A DNA stretch of 64,000 nucleotides from Dehalococcoidia bacterium (GCA_040882355.1 JBBEBM010000060.1:1-64000), one strand, 5' to 3'; shown: positions 37,557 through 48,006, counted from the first letter of the stretch. The notes: a model not told the origin generated them from the letters alone. Numbers and translations are program-made.

Positions 37557-38606
37557 ATGGCCAGCAAGGACTATTACGCCACTCTTGGGGTGCCGAAAGG
37601 CGCGACTCAGAAGGACATCCGGCAGGCGTATCGACGCCTCGCCCGGCAGCACCACCCTGACGTGAACCCGGGCGACAAGGCGAGCGAGACCCTCTTCAAG
37701 GAGGTCAACGCCGCGTACGAGGTGCTCTCCGACAAGGAGAAGCGCAAAAAGTACGACAAGTACGGCGACCAGTGGCAGTACGCCGACCAGATCGAGGAGA
37801 TGCACCGAACGTCAGGCGGCGCCCGCCCGCAGCGCTTCGGTGGTGATGGCGGTGGCGTCCGATACGACTTCGGCGACCTGGGCGACCTCGGCGGTGTCTT
37901 CGAGAGCTTCTTCGGCGGCGGCGGACGCTCGCGGGCGCCGCGTCGCGTCGCCAACGTCCAGCAGCCGGTTGAGATCACGCTCGAGGAGGCGTTCCGCGGG
38001 ACGAGCCGAACGCTCCAGCTCGCGGCGGAAGAGCCGTGCGCGACCTGCGGCGGCACCGGCGAGATCGCCGGAGCGACCTGCCACGTCTGCAACGGCGCCG
38101 GCGTCACGCTGAAGGCCCGCCGCCTCGAGGTGAAGATCCCGCCCGGCGTCGCCACGGGCTCGCGGGTACGCGTCGCGGGCGAGGGCCAGGCGGGCATGGG
38201 CGCCCAGCGCGGCGACCTGTACCTGATCGTCTCGGTCCGGCCGCACGAGCGCTTCGAGCGCAAGGGCGACGAGCTCTACGTCGACATCGACGCGCCGGTC
38301 ACCGACGCCGTCCTCGGCGGTGAGGTGGAGGTGCCGACGCTGACGGGTCGCGTGATGCTGACGGTGCCGCCGCTGAGTCAGAACGGCAAGACGTTTCGCC
38401 TGGCCGGCCAGGGGATGCCCCGTCTGAATGCGGAGGGTCGCGGCAACCTCCACGCTCGCCTGCGCGTCAAGCTGCCGGAGCAGTTGACCGACCGCGAGCG
38501 GGAGCTGTTCGAGGAGATCCGGGCCGCGAAGGAACAGGGAACGAGCAACAAGGAACGAGGCGGAGGGGACAAGGAACGAGTGGAGAAGCGCAAGGCACAT
38601 GGATGA
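37557..38606 (+). CDS. DnaJ family co-chaperone with two CxxCxGxG repeats (DnaJ2/CbpA-like)
   Basis: J domain HPD, G/F region, half zinc finger and C-terminal domain. Confidence 0.9.
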   Translation: MASKDYYATLGVPKGATQKDIRQAYRRLARQHHPDVNPGDKASETLFKEVNAAYEVLSDKEKRKKYDKYGDQWQYADQIEEMHRTSGGARPQRFGGDGGGVRYDFGDLGDLGGVFESFFGGGGRSRAPRRVANVQQPVEITLEEAFRGTSRTLQLAAEEPCATCGGTGEIAGATCHVCNGAGVTLKARRLEVKIPPGVATGSRVRVAGEGQAGMGAQRGDLYLIVSVRPHERFERKGDELYVDIDAPVTDAVLGGEVEVPTLTGRVMLTVPPLSQNGKTFRLAGQGMPRLNAEGRGNLHARLRVKLPEQLTDRERELFEEIRAAKEQGTSNKERGGGDKERVEKRKAHG

Positions 38607-38940
38607 CCGCGACATCTCGGTGGACGACGAGCCCTGCTTCGTGATCAGCGTCGCGTCGCGGATGGTGGGCATGCACGCGCAGACCCTTCGCGCTTACGAG
38701 CGCATGGGGCTCTTACGCCCGACGCGCTCGCTGGGCCAGCGGCGTCTCTACTCGCCGGCGGACATCGCCCGGCTGCGCGACATCCAGCGCCTGATCAGCG
38801 ACCTGGGCGTGAACCTCGCCGGCGTCGACGTTATCTTCCGCATGCGCGACCGCATCCTCCAGATGGAGGCGGAGATGGAAAACCTCCGCCGCGAGGTGCA
38901 GCGCATGCGCGACCGCAGGCTCCCCGCGCCGAGGGAGTAG
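38599..38940 (+). CDS. hspR: HspR-type MerR heat-shock repressor
   Basis: [28 protein letters not shown]; follows dnaJ. Confidence 0.85.
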   Translation: MDDRDISVDDEPCFVISVASRMVGMHAQTLRAYERMGLLRPTRSLGQRRLYSPADIARLRDIQRLISDLGVNLAGVDVIFRMRDRILQMEAEMENLRREVQRMRDRRLPAPRE

Positions 38941-38966
38941 GATTATGATGAAGAAGGAGGCTAGGA

Positions 38967-39410
38967 ATGAGCACGCAGAGCCTTACTGATGACTTGTTGC
39001 TGATCGCCTGTGGACCGCGCGAAGGGGAAATGCGGGTACTCCTGGATGAACTCCTCCGCAATAGGTCTGTACCTCGGGAGACCGTTGCCGCTGAGGCCCG
39101 CCGCGTTATCGGACTGCTCCGGTTACAGGCTAAGTCGATGGAGCAGTTGCCACCGCTGAACCTGAACGATGACGAGGCCGCGCGCCTAGGGCTACGGGAT
39201 TGGATCGAAGCGACCCGTGCCCGTGCAGCCGAGCTTCGGAAGGAGGCGGACGAATTCGAGGAGGCTGCAATCGCGGCGACACTTCTCGCAAAGGACGATG
39301 TCACCTCCTGGAGTGCCCGGGGTCTCTTGCGTGGGTTGGACGTGAGCGAGGACGAAATCGAAGAGGCGAAGCATTCCCTATTCAGGGCATCCTATGACGA
39401 CAACGTCTGA
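38967..39410 (+). CDS. Hypothetical protein, probable antitoxin
   Basis: Overlaps the PIN gene by 17 bp; acidic C-terminus (DVSEDEIEEAKHSLF); SD AAGGAGG. Confidence 0.55.
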   Translation: MSTQSLTDDLLLIACGPREGEMRVLLDELLRNRSVPRETVAAEARRVIGLLRLQAKSMEQLPPLNLNDDEAARLGLRDWIEATRARAAELRKEADEFEEAAIAATLLAKDDVTSWSARGLLRGLDVSEDEIEEAKHSLFRASYDDNV

Positions 39411-39792
39411 CACCTACATCATCGATACGCATGCTCTCGTCTGGTACCTTACCGACGACGCGAAGCTGTCCGAGCAGGCTGCTTCAATTATCGAGCGCAG
39501 CGAGCATGGCGATCTGACAATAGCAATTCCCACGATCGTCCTCGCCGAACTACTGACGATCGTCGAGAAGAAGAGAGCGCCATTGGCCATGCCGAGGGTT
39601 CTTGATTGGATGATCAGTAACACGGGCGTGGTAGTGTACTCGTTCGACCTGATGGTCTTCGCGGAACTAGTACGAATTGGAGGCGGGCTCGATTTGCACG
39701 ACAGGATCATCGCAGCCACAGCGACCCGCTATGGAGTGCCGGTCATCACACGTGATCCGGCACTTCGCAATGCTGTTCGTGCAGTGTGGTAG
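39394..39792 (+). CDS. PIN-domain (VapC-like) toxin
   Basis: IDTHALVW, IVLAEL, DLHDRIIAATA and ITRD motifs. Confidence 0.9.
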   Translation: MTTTSDTYIIDTHALVWYLTDDAKLSEQAASIIERSEHGDLTIAIPTIVLAELLTIVEKKRAPLAMPRVLDWMISNTGVVVYSFDLMVFAELVRIGGGLDLHDRIIAATATRYGVPVITRDPALRNAVRAVW

Positions 39793-39951
39793 TCGGGTGA
39801 GCCCGGCGAGTGGTGATACGCGAACGGTCACATGCAACGTGTCTGTCAAAGTACGCTGACGGACCATCGGCCGCGATAGGAGACCGCATCGCTCGTCCAG
39901 CCGTTAGTCCGTTCGATATTCGTTGACAGATCAACAGGAAAGCCCAGAGGA

Positions 39952-40004
39952 CAGAGGTAACCAGCCATGATGAGACAGGATAGGTTCACACAGCAGGCGC
40001 AGGA
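39952..40004 (+). pseudogene. Orphan duplicate of the clpC RBS and first 13 codons
   Basis: Encodes [13 protein letters not shown], identical to the protein starting at 40231, with synonymous differences. Confidence 0.85.
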
Positions 40005-40010
40005 ACATTC

Positions 40011-40146
40011 CTGCGGGATGAATCCCGCAGCTTCTCAATCAGGGAGCCTGTTTCGACGGGGTACGCGACACGCCATCCGATCTGGCCGCCCGTATGACCG
40101 GTGATCGTCATCCTGCGCTGGTGGCGACCTGAAGGTCGCCGCTACC
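40011..40146. repeat. Two REP-like palindromes
   Basis: CTGCGGGATGAATCCCGCAG and GGCGACCTGAAGGTCGCCGCTAC. Confidence 0.6.
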
Positions 40147-40230
40147 TGGCGCAGGAAGCAGCGCCGCTGGCGCAGAGCGGGTGACAAGAAGGGACAGGAA
40201 GGGATAGGACAGGAACCAGAGGTAACAGCC

Positions 40231-42684
40231 ATGATGAGACAAGACCGATTCACGCAACAGGCGCAGGAGGTACTGGCCGGCAGCCAGGAGCTGGTGCGTC
40301 AGCAGCGCCACAGCCAGTGGGACGTCGAGCACGTCCTGCTCGCCCTCCTGCAGCACCCGGACGGCCTCACGCGCCGTATCCTGGAGACGATGAAGGTGGA
40401 CGTAGACGGCCTGCGCGACCGCGTCGCGGCGACGCTGGCCCAGACACCGAAGCTCGCCTACGACGTCGTGCAGATCTACACCACGCCGCGCATCGTCAAG
40501 ATGCTCGAGGTGGCGAACGCCGAGGCCGAGCGGCTGAAGGACGAGTACGTCTCGGTCGAGCACCTGCTCATCGCCATCGCAGACGAGCGCGAGGGCGAGT
40601 CGGCGAAGATCCTGCGCGAGTTCGCCGTCGACAAGGAGCGGCTGTACCAGGCGCTGGCCGAGGTGCGCGGTGGCGCCCGCGTCGACTCGCCGTCGGCGGA
40701 GAGCCGCTACGGCGCGCTCGAGAAGTTTTCCATCGACCTGACGGAGGCGGCGCGCCAGGGCAAGCTCGACCCCGTCATCGGGCGTGAGAACGAGATCAAG
40801 CGTGTGATGCAGATCCTCAACCGGCGCACCAAGAACAACCCGGTGATCATCGGCGAGCCGGGGGTGGGCAAGACCGCCGTCGCCGAGGGCCTCGCTCAGA
40901 AGCTCGTCGCCGGGGACGTGCCGGACAACCTCAAGGACAAGCGGCTGCTGGCGATGGACATGGGCGCGATGGTCGCCGGCTCGAAGTTCCGCGGCGAGTT
41001 CGAGGAGCGGCTCAAGGCCGTGCTCGACGAGATCCGGCGCGCCCAGGGCGAGGTGATCATCTTCATCGATGAGCTGCACCAGGTCGTCGGGGCGGGCGGC
41101 GCGGAGGGCGCCATCGACGCGTCGACGATGATGAAGCCCGCCCTCGCCCGAGGCGAGCTGCACGCCATCGGCGCGACCACGCCGGACGAGTATCGCCAGC
41201 ACATCGAGAAGGACAAGGCGCTCGAGCGCCGGTTCGCGCCGGTCTGGCTGGAGGAGCCGACCGTGGAGGACACGATCGAGATCCTCAAGGGCCTCCGTCC
41301 GCGTTACGAGGAGCATCACAAGGTGGAGATCACCGACGAGGCGCTCGTGGGCGCCGCCCGCCTCTCCGACCGTTACCTTACGGAGCGCTTCCTGCCGGAC
41401 AAGGCGATCGACCTGATCGATGAAACGTCGTCGAAGAAAGTGATCGAGGCGCAGAGCATGACGCCGGAGCTGCGCGACCTAAAGGCTCGCCTGGACGAGC
41501 TGGGCGCGCAGACCGAGGCGGCGGCCCAGCGCCAGGACTACGAGGAGGCGGCGCGGATCAAGCAGGACGTGCTCGCGATCCAGGCGGAGTACGACGAGCG
41601 CCGGGCGCGCTGGGAGCAGGAGGAGAAGATCACGCTCCGCGTCGACGAGACGGACATCGCCGAGCTGATCGCGTCGATGACGGGCATCCCGGTGTCGCGC
41701 ATGCTGGAGAGCGAGGCGGAGAAGCTGCTCCAGATGGAGGAGCACCTGCACGAGCGGGTCGTTGGCCAGGATGACGCGGTGACCGCCGTCTCCGAGGCGC
41801 TCCGCCGCGCCCGCGCCGGCCTGAAGGACCCGCGCCGGCCCATCGGCAGCTTCATCTTCCTGGGCCCGACGGGCGTGGGGAAGACGGAGCTGGCGCGCGC
41901 GCTGGCCGAGTACATGTTCGACGACGAGGACGCGATGATCCGGCTGGACATGTCGGAGTACGGCGAGCGTCACACCGTCTCGCGCCTGATCGGCGCGCCG
42001 CCCGGCTACGTGGGCTACGACGAGGCCGGCGGCCTGACCGAGGCCGTGCGGAGGCGCCCGTACCGCGTCGTCCTCTTCGACGAGATCGAGAAGGCGCACC
42101 CGGAGGTGCTCAACGTCCTGCTCCAGATCATGGAGGACGGCCACCTCACCGACGGCCACGGCCGCACGGTGAACTTCCGCAACACCGTGATCATCATGAC
42201 CTCGAACCTCGGCACGAGCTCCGAGTCGAAGGGCGCCTTCGGCTTCGTCACCAACCGGGCGAAGACCGAGACGGAGCGCGACCGGCTGCGCAAGAACGTG
42301 GAGGAGGCGCTGCGCCGGTTCTTCCGGCCGGAGTTCCTCAACCGCGTGGACGAGATCATCATCTTCGAGCCGCTCACGGAGAAGGAGCTCGACCCGATCG
42401 TGGAGCTGATGCTGGAGGACGTGGAGGACCGCCTCACCGACCGCCAGATCACCTTCGAGGCGACCGCTGCCGCGAAGAAGGCGCTTGTCGAGGAGGGCTA
42501 CGACCCGGCCTACGGCGCGCGCCCGCTGCGCCGCGTCGTCGAGAAGCAGGTGGAGAACGCGCTCGCCCGGCGCATCCTTGCCGGCGAGTTCTCGGAGGGC
42601 GACCACATCCTCGTGAACTACGACGGCGAGAACTTCACGTTCGTGAAGGCGGAGGCGAGCGAGCCCGTCGCCGTGGGCGCGTAG
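40231..42684 (+). CDS. clpC: ATP-dependent Clp ATPase, ClpC type
   Basis: Clp N repeats, two AAA modules, short UVR-like middle domain ([10 protein letters not shown]) and FGF loop. Confidence 0.85.
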   Translation: MMRQDRFTQQAQEVLAGSQELVRQQRHSQWDVEHVLLALLQHPDGLTRRILETMKVDVDGLRDRVAATLAQTPKLAYDVVQIYTTPRIVKMLEVANAEAERLKDEYVSVEHLLIAIADEREGESAKILREFAVDKERLYQALAEVRGGARVDSPSAESRYGALEKFSIDLTEAARQGKLDPVIGRENEIKRVMQILNRRTKNNPVIIGEPGVGKTAVAEGLAQKLVAGDVPDNLKDKRLLAMDMGAMVAGSKFRGEFEERLKAVLDEIRRAQGEVIIFIDELHQVVGAGGAEGAIDASTMMKPALARGELHAIGATTPDEYRQHIEKDKALERRFAPVWLEEPTVEDTIEILKGLRPRYEEHHKVEITDEALVGAARLSDRYLTERFLPDKAIDLIDETSSKKVIEAQSMTPELRDLKARLDELGAQTEAAAQRQDYEEAARIKQDVLAIQAEYDERRARWEQEEKITLRVDETDIAELIASMTGIPVSRMLESEAEKLLQMEEHLHERVVGQDDAVTAVSEALRRARAGLKDPRRPIGSFIFLGPTGVGKTELARALAEYMFDDEDAMIRLDMSEYGERHTVSRLIGAPPGYVGYDEAGGLTEAVRRRPYRVVLFDEIEKAHPEVLNVLLQIMEDGHLTDGHGRTVNFRNTVIIMTSNLGTSSESKGAFGFVTNRAKTETERDRLRKNVEEALRRFFRPEFLNRVDEIIIFEPLTEKELDPIVELMLEDVEDRLTDRQITFEATAAAKKALVEEGYDPAYGARPLRRVVEKQVENALARRILAGEFSEGDHILVNYDGENFTFVKAEASEPVAVGA

Positions 42685-42708
42685 GCTTTACCGGTACGTA
42701 CCGCGCCT

Positions 42709-42869
42709 GTAGGGGGGGGGGGGAGGGCCCCCCCCTACGCTTCTCCTTCTGTGGGACAGGCTTCAGCCTGTCGCCGCCGGGCTAAAGCCCGACCCGCGAT
42801 GGGATATTGCATCGTCTGGCGAAATGGACGCCACGCGACTGCTGGGCGGGTCTTAGACCCGCCCCTACA
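42709..42869. repeat. Cluster of GTAG-type REP-like palindromes
   Basis: GTAGGGG..CCCCTAC, GACAGGCTTCAGCCTGTC and GGGCGGGTCTTAGACCCGCCCCTAC. Confidence 0.7.
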
Positions 42870-42896
42870 TAGGTATACTGCCTAAGGAGCTATGTC

Positions 42897-43304
42897 ATGA
42901 GTACGCGTCGATCTGTAGTCCAGCTAACGGAGATGCAGTCGGGCGCCGACCTGCCGATCGCTCGTTCCCGGGTGCTGCCGGATGAGGTCGAGGGCTGGCT
43001 GTCGCTCACGCACCACGCCGACCCGAAGCTGCGCAGCAAGGCGGTGCGCGCCCTCTGCCCCTGCCACGTGAAGCGACAGGACGACCGCATCTGGGGGCGC
43101 ATCTTCGAGATGGCGTCCGACGACGACGCCCACGTCCGCAGCACGATCCTCCACGCGCTCGGCGACGGCTCGCCGCGAGCGCTCGAACCGCAGGTCGTTG
43201 CTTCGCTCGAAGGCATGCGCGACGACCCCGACCCGAGCCTGCGGCGGCGCGTCCGTAAGCTGCTCGCGGTCTACCGTCGCACGGGCCAGGTCAACGTTCT
43301 GTAG
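42897..43304 (+). CDS. HEAT-repeat-like small protein
   Basis: DPKLRSKAV, DDDAHVRSTILHALGD and DPDPSLRR repeats; CPCH motif. Confidence 0.65.
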   Translation: MSTRRSVVQLTEMQSGADLPIARSRVLPDEVEGWLSLTHHADPKLRSKAVRALCPCHVKRQDDRIWGRIFEMASDDDAHVRSTILHALGDGSPRALEPQVVASLEGMRDDPDPSLRRRVRKLLAVYRRTGQVNVL

Positions 43305-43331
43305 CGCGAATGGAGAGGAACCTACATCGAC

Positions 43332-43877
43332 ATGCCTGAGACTGGATCGACGAAGCCCTGGTGGTTGGCCGCTGCGCTCCTGGTCGGCGTATTCGCGGTC
43401 GGAGGGATCGCCTTCGGCGTCGGCCGCTTGACCGCGGGCGGGGGATCGGAGAGCGACCTTGGCGATCGCCAGGCGGACGTCGCCGAGCGAGGCGCGACGG
43501 TGATGCCGTTCGACCTGGAGCGGACCACGCACGTTTTCAGCCAGACGGCCGACGGCGGGCTCCAGACCGTCACGGCGGACGACCCGCAAGACGCCGAGCA
43601 GGTCCGGCTGATCCGCGAGCACCTGAAGTCGGAGGCCGCCCGCTTTGCCGCCGGCGATTTCAGCGACCCGGCGCAGATCCACGGCTCAGCGATGCCCGGC
43701 CTCGCGGAGCTCTCGGCGGCCGGCGGCGCAATCGAGATCGAGTACAGCGATGTCCCCGATGGCGCTGCGATCCGCTACGCAACGGAGGATCCTGCCCTGG
43801 CGTCGGCGCTGCATCGCTGGTTCGATGCGCAGGTCTCGGACCACGGCGACCACGCGCACGACGGATCGATGCGCTAG
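43332..43877 (+). CDS. Conserved exported hypothetical protein
   Basis: N-terminal TM; VMPFDLERTTHVF, GDFSDPAQIHG..MPGL and WFDAQVSDHG motifs. Confidence 0.7.
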   Translation: MPETGSTKPWWLAAALLVGVFAVGGIAFGVGRLTAGGGSESDLGDRQADVAERGATVMPFDLERTTHVFSQTADGGLQTVTADDPQDAEQVRLIREHLKSEAARFAAGDFSDPAQIHGSAMPGLAELSAAGGAIEIEYSDVPDGAAIRYATEDPALASALHRWFDAQVSDHGDHAHDGSMR

Positions 43878-43936
43878 GGCGAGTCCTCGCGATCAGATCT
43901 TCTGGACAAACGCAGGGTCGTGCAACAGGCAAGCGC

Positions 43937-43985
43937 GGGCGGGTCTCAGACCCGCCCCTACCGCGTCGGGCTGAAGCCCGCCCCG
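43937..43985. repeat. REP-like palindromes
   Basis: GGGCGGGTCTCAGACCCGCCCCTAC (1 mismatch to 42844) and CGGGCTGAAGCCCG. Confidence 0.7.
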
Positions 43986-44007
43986 CGGAGGATGGGCACG
44001 GGCCGGC

Positions 44008-44397
44008 TCACAAGCGCCCCGGACTGGTCGCCGGCAGCGCCCTCATCGCAAGGCCGCGCACGCGTACGAGACGTTTGTTCACCGGGTCCGGCGCGACGCT
44101 GAAACCCTCCATGGTGTAGGCGCCTAGCAGCGCCCTCGACGCTTCGTCACCAAAGACGACTACCGTTGTGCGGCGGGTGCCGTTCAATCGGGCAAACGTC
44201 TCTGCTGCTCCGCGTTCGATGATCCGGCCGTCGGCCGTCTCGAACTCAAGACTGAACTCAGGCTTTATGCCCAAGCGCTCTAGTACGTCCTTGGGTATCC
44301 AGGTGTAGCTGGCTCCGGTATCGACAAGCGCTTCGACGGACTCCCACCGTTGGCCGTCTCGGTCGCCGACTTCGAACGATGCATTGAACGTGCCCAT
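44008..44397 (-). CDS. Clan AA (retropepsin-like) aspartic protease
   Basis: ALVDTGAS; LLGAYTME; DPVNKRL. Confidence 0.85.
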   Translation of the reverse strand: MGTFNASFEVGDRDGQRWESVEALVDTGASYTWIPKDVLERLGIKPEFSLEFETADGRIIERGAAETFARLNGTRRTTVVVFGDEASRALLGAYTMEGFSVAPDPVNKRLVRVRGLAMRALPATSPGRL

Positions 44398-44429
44398 CGA
44401 TCAATCGTACCCAGGTATGTCGAGGGCCG

Positions 44430-45848
44430 TCAAAGCGCCCGGTCCGCCGCGTCCCGGCCCGCGATGCGGCCGAAGACGGCGCCCCGCAGGACGGACGTGG
44501 CGCCGGGGTAGTTGTAGTAGTAGACCTCGCCCATCAGCTCGCCCGCTGCGTACAGCCCTTCGATGACGCGGCCGGCGGTATCGTAGACGCGCGCCCGGCC
44601 ATCGACCTTCAGGCCCCCAAACGTGAACGTGATGCCGCCGGTCACCGGCACCCCGACGAAGGGCGGTTCTGTGATCGGCAGCGCCCAGTTGCTCTTCGGC
44701 GGGCTGATGCCGCGCGCGGCCGTGCCATCGAGCCGGTCGAGGTCCAGCTCGCCGGGCTGGACGGCGGCGTTGTACGCGTCGACCGTCCGCGCGAGGCCGT
44801 CCGGCGCGATGCCTAGCTCGGCTGCCAGGCCCGCGAGCGTGTCGGCGATGATCGGCGGCGCGACCGGGTACCAGGCGCGCTGGAACTCCGGGCGGCGGTA
44901 CATCTGCTGGTCGAAGATGCAGAACGCCAGGCCGTCGGCCTGCTCGATGATCGCCTTGCCGAACTTGACGTAGGTGTTGTCGCGCCAGTCTTCGCCCTCG
45001 TCCAGGAAGCGCCGCCCCTGCGCGTCGACGATGATCCCCATCTGGAAGTTGTAGAGCGCGGTCACGCCGCACTCCGTCTTCGGCGAACGGGCGTCGATCA
45101 CGGCCGAGTGGTAGTCGCCCCACTGGCCCGCCGGCTGCGCGCCGATGTCGAGCGCCATCCGGATGCCGTCGCCGGTGTCGAAGCGGGAGCCGCGCAGGAT
45201 CAGGCCGTCGGCGAAGCGCCCGAGGTGCGCGACGCGCATCGCGACGTTCGCCTGAAAGCCGCCTGTCGCCAGGACGACGCCTCCGCGCGCTGCGAAGTCG
45301 ACGAAGCCCTCCGGCGTCCGCGCCCCCACCCCGGCCACGCGACCCCGCTCGTCGACGAGCAGCGCTTCCGCCGCCGTCTCGTAGCGCGCCGTGACGCCCG
45401 CCGCTTCGCAGCGCGCGAACAGCGTGTCGACCAGGCCCTGACCTCCCTGGGCCGGGCGGCGCCGGTAGCCGGCGGTGTGCGGAAAGCCCTCGTCCCAGGT
45501 GACGCCGCGCTCGCTGAGCCACTCCACCGTCTCCGCCGCGTTCGAGACGAGCACGTCGATCAGCTCCGGGTTCGCGCGCCCGCGCGAGAGGCGCATCAGG
45601 TCGTCGCGGAACTCAGCCGGTGAGTAGTCGCGGGCGCCGTACCGGTCTGCTTCGTGTGGGAAGCGGAACTGGGCATCGGCGAAGCGGGTGTTGCCGCCAC
45701 GCTCGGCCCGGGGCGCCTTCTCCAGCAGCGCGACGGATGCGCCCGCCTCGGCCGCGGAGAGCGCCGTCGCGAGCCCGGCGATGCCGCCGCCGGCGACGAC
45801 GACGTCGAGCGCCTCGCTCGGAATGCCGGACTGGGGAGTGAGCGCCAC
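44430..45848 (-). CDS. FAD-dependent tricarballylate dehydrogenase TcuA-like flavoprotein
   Basis: ERGGNTRF, GRRFLDEG, ITFTFGGLKVD and YYNYPG motifs. Confidence 0.8.
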   Translation of the reverse strand: MALTPQSGIPSEALDVVVAGGGIAGLATALSAAEAGASVALLEKAPRAERGGNTRFADAQFRFPHEADRYGARDYSPAEFRDDLMRLSRGRANPELIDVLVSNAAETVEWLSERGVTWDEGFPHTAGYRRRPAQGGQGLVDTLFARCEAAGVTARYETAAEALLVDERGRVAGVGARTPEGFVDFAARGGVVLATGGFQANVAMRVAHLGRFADGLILRGSRFDTGDGIRMALDIGAQPAGQWGDYHSAVIDARSPKTECGVTALYNFQMGIIVDAQGRRFLDEGEDWRDNTYVKFGKAIIEQADGLAFCIFDQQMYRRPEFQRAWYPVAPPIIADTLAGLAAELGIAPDGLARTVDAYNAAVQPGELDLDRLDGTAARGISPPKSNWALPITEPPFVGVPVTGGITFTFGGLKVDGRARVYDTAGRVIEGLYAAGELMGEVYYYNYPGATSVLRGAVFGRIAGRDAADRAL

Positions 45849-46008
45849 GGTCGTTCTGCCCGATACTGAAGATGCGATGTCGACCTATCTTAATCGAATC
45901 GACATCTCACCGCCCAGCGCCCCGCTTTTCCTGGAGCGCCCATCGGTGGTACGCTGAAGCAGAGTCTAATCCCAAGACACACCGCAGGCGACTGAGGAGG
46001 CCCCCGCC

Positions 46009-46407
46009 ATGACTCGCGCCGCCGAGCGCCCGCCTATGACCGACCGCGAATCTGAGCAATCCTGGCAGGATGACCCGCAGGGCGAGCCGCCCGACATTGC
46101 GAGCCGTCAAGCGCTGCATCTTGCCCACCAGGTCGCCGAGAAGTTCCCGGAGCTGGCGAAACGCTATCGCAGCTTTGCCGGCCCTGCCGTCATCGTGTCG
46201 GGTGCTCTCGTCGCACTCGCCGGCGTTGCGGTCGCCCGCCGCCTGCGTCGTGGCCAGGGGGCCGAGGAGATCCTGAACGAGATCACGTCCGAGGAGATCG
46301 AGCAGGCCGCGACCGTGAGCAGCCGCCAGAACCGCTGGTGGCGGATGCTCGCGCGCATCTCCCGGCGGCGCCAGAAGGAGGCGGACGAGTCGGGCGGGGC
46401 GTTGTGA
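46009..46407 (+). CDS. Hypothetical single-TM protein
   Basis: SD GAGGAGG; hydrophobic segment; stop overlaps the next start. Confidence 0.6.
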   Translation: MTRAAERPPMTDRESEQSWQDDPQGEPPDIASRQALHLAHQVAEKFPELAKRYRSFAGPAVIVSGALVALAGVAVARRLRRGQGAEEILNEITSEEIEQAATVSSRQNRWWRMLARISRRRQKEADESGGAL

Positions 46408-46838
46408 GACGCGTCTTCATCGTTTGGGGCCAAGAGCCACCGGAGCCGTCGACTGAGTCGCGGCTCCTTTCTCTTGCCCTCCGCCTCGGGTTCTACATCG
46501 CGGCCCTCTGGCTCGCCGACCGCTGGGTCACGGGCGTCAAAATCGAGGGCGGGGCCTCGCTCATCGCGATGGCGACGATCTTGTGGGCGGTGAACAGCAC
46601 GATCAACCCCCTCGTCCAGTTCGCGAGCTGCGCGCTCACCTGTCTGACGCTGGGGCTCTTCGCGCTGGTGATCAACGCCGCCATGCTCGCGCTCGCCGCC
46701 TGGATCGCCGGCGGCTTCGGCGTAGACGTCGAGGTCGACGGCTTCTGGGCCGCGTTCCTTGGGGCGCTGCTCGTTGCGTTCGTCACCACGGTCCTCGATA
46801 ACGTGGTCGGCCGCCCCATCCGTCGCGCGCTCGCGTAA
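46404..46838 (+). CDS. Phage holin family/DUF360 4-TM membrane protein
   Basis: LTCLTLGLFALVINAAML..VDGFWAAFLGAL. Confidence 0.8.
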   Translation: MRRVFIVWGQEPPEPSTESRLLSLALRLGFYIAALWLADRWVTGVKIEGGASLIAMATILWAVNSTINPLVQFASCALTCLTLGLFALVINAAMLALAAWIAGGFGVDVEVDGFWAAFLGALLVAFVTTVLDNVVGRPIRRALA

Positions 46839-47119
46839 CGGTCTAGACCGGATCGCCGGCACGACACGGTTGGGCGAGCGTCGGTCCCGCTTGCGCCGAT
46901 AGAATGCCGTCCTGTCGCGAAGCTGCCGTTCCTTCATGCATGATTCACGGTCTCTGCATGGCCTGGCCGCCGCTGGCGTGGCAGTCTTCTTGGAGAGACT
47001 ATGCAATCCTGAGCATGCAGCCAATTGTATGCATCCGCATGCCTCTTGTCGCAGACACTTCGTCGGGCTAGGATCGGATCATACGCAGGGAAAGCGGGGA
47101 TTGGCGTGGTTCGCCGTCC

Positions 47120-47698
47120 ATGAGCCTTCGATACGTCCTTCTGGCAGTGCTCAGCAAGCAGCCGAACACCGGCTACGGTATCGGCAAGCTGCTGCGCACC
47201 GAGTTGCGGCACATCTGGCAGGCGCGCCTCCAGCAGATCTACAGCGATCTCGCCCGCAGCGAAGCGGAAGGCCTGGTGCGCGCTCAGGTCACGCACATGC
47301 CGAACCGCCCGGCGAAGAAGGTGTACTCGCTCACGCCGGCGGGCACCCGGGCGCTCGACGACTGGCTGGCCCAACCGCCCGGAGTCGACTCCGCGCGCGA
47401 CGATCTTATGGTCAGGCTCTACTGCCTGCCCAGCGCCCCGCTCGATCTGCTTGTCCGGCGGCTCGAGGAGCGGCGCGATCATATCGAGGCGAGGGCGCGC
47501 GAGCTACGGCGGGCCCTGGAGGAGGCGTCGTCCGATCCGAACACGATCGGCTACCTGCTGACGCTTGAGGGCGCGCTCGCGGGGGCCGAGGCGCAGATAG
47601 CGTGGTGCGAGCGGGCGGTGTCGACGCTCGGCGAGCGCGCCGCGAACGCCGGCGCGCCGTTCCCGCGCGACCAGGGCATCCAGGCTTCCGGCGCCTGA
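47120..47698 (+). CDS. PadR family transcriptional regulator
   Basis: MSLRYVLLAVL..TGY..QIY..KKVYSLT..WL. Confidence 0.9.
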   Translation: MSLRYVLLAVLSKQPNTGYGIGKLLRTELRHIWQARLQQIYSDLARSEAEGLVRAQVTHMPNRPAKKVYSLTPAGTRALDDWLAQPPGVDSARDDLMVRLYCLPSAPLDLLVRRLEERRDHIEARARELRRALEEASSDPNTIGYLLTLEGALAGAEAQIAWCERAVSTLGERAANAGAPFPRDQGIQASGA

Positions 47699-47737
47699 CG
47701 GTTGTATGCGCGTCTTAGGCCAGATGTTGGTAGTGGG

Positions 47738-47902
47738 TCCAGCGTAGACGAGATCTCCCCGGTGGTAGAGCGCGTACACGCCCTTGAGTGGGGGCGCCAC
47801 GTCCTGGGTGAGGGCGTGGTTCGGGCTGGCCTTAAACTTTTCGATGAGCTGCTGGTTGTAGGCCTTGTCGAACTCGAAAACGAATCGGTGCTGGTCGCAC
47901 AT
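47738..47902 (-). pseudogene. N-terminal fragment of a GIY-YIG (Eco29kI-like) endonuclease
   Basis: GVYALYHRGDLVYAG motif, after which the similarity appears to stop and the frame runs antisense into padR. Confidence 0.5.
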
Positions 47903-47946
47903 AGCTTAGCCTCGCCACATTCTACAGTAGCCTACACTTCATGCCG

Positions 47947-47990
47947 TTGACATCGGCTGCGCTGCTGCCTACACTGAGAACGCATATTCT
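47947..47990 (+). promoter_or_regulatory. dinB promoter with LexA (SOS) box
   Basis: TTGACA-17-TACACT then AGAAC-GCAT-ATTCT (one mismatch to GAAC-N4-GTTC). Confidence 0.7.
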
Positions 47991-48006
47991 GGCCTGGAGC
48001 GCTCCC

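Noticed and set aside
40035..40110. Possible RAYT remnant between REPs (minus-strand PRRNRLPD)
   Set aside because: Too short; no HUH motif.
42711..42735. Poly-G/poly-C tract as a phase-variation site
   Set aside because: Intergenic and part of a GTAG..CTAC palindrome; possibly a low-quality read of a REP.
44008..44397. Retropepsin-like protease as evidence of a retroelement
   Set aside because: Stand-alone clan AA proteases are common in bacteria; no reverse transcriptase in the window.
46404..46838. Phage holin family gene as a prophage marker
   Set aside because: This family is commonly chromosomal; no phage genes nearby.
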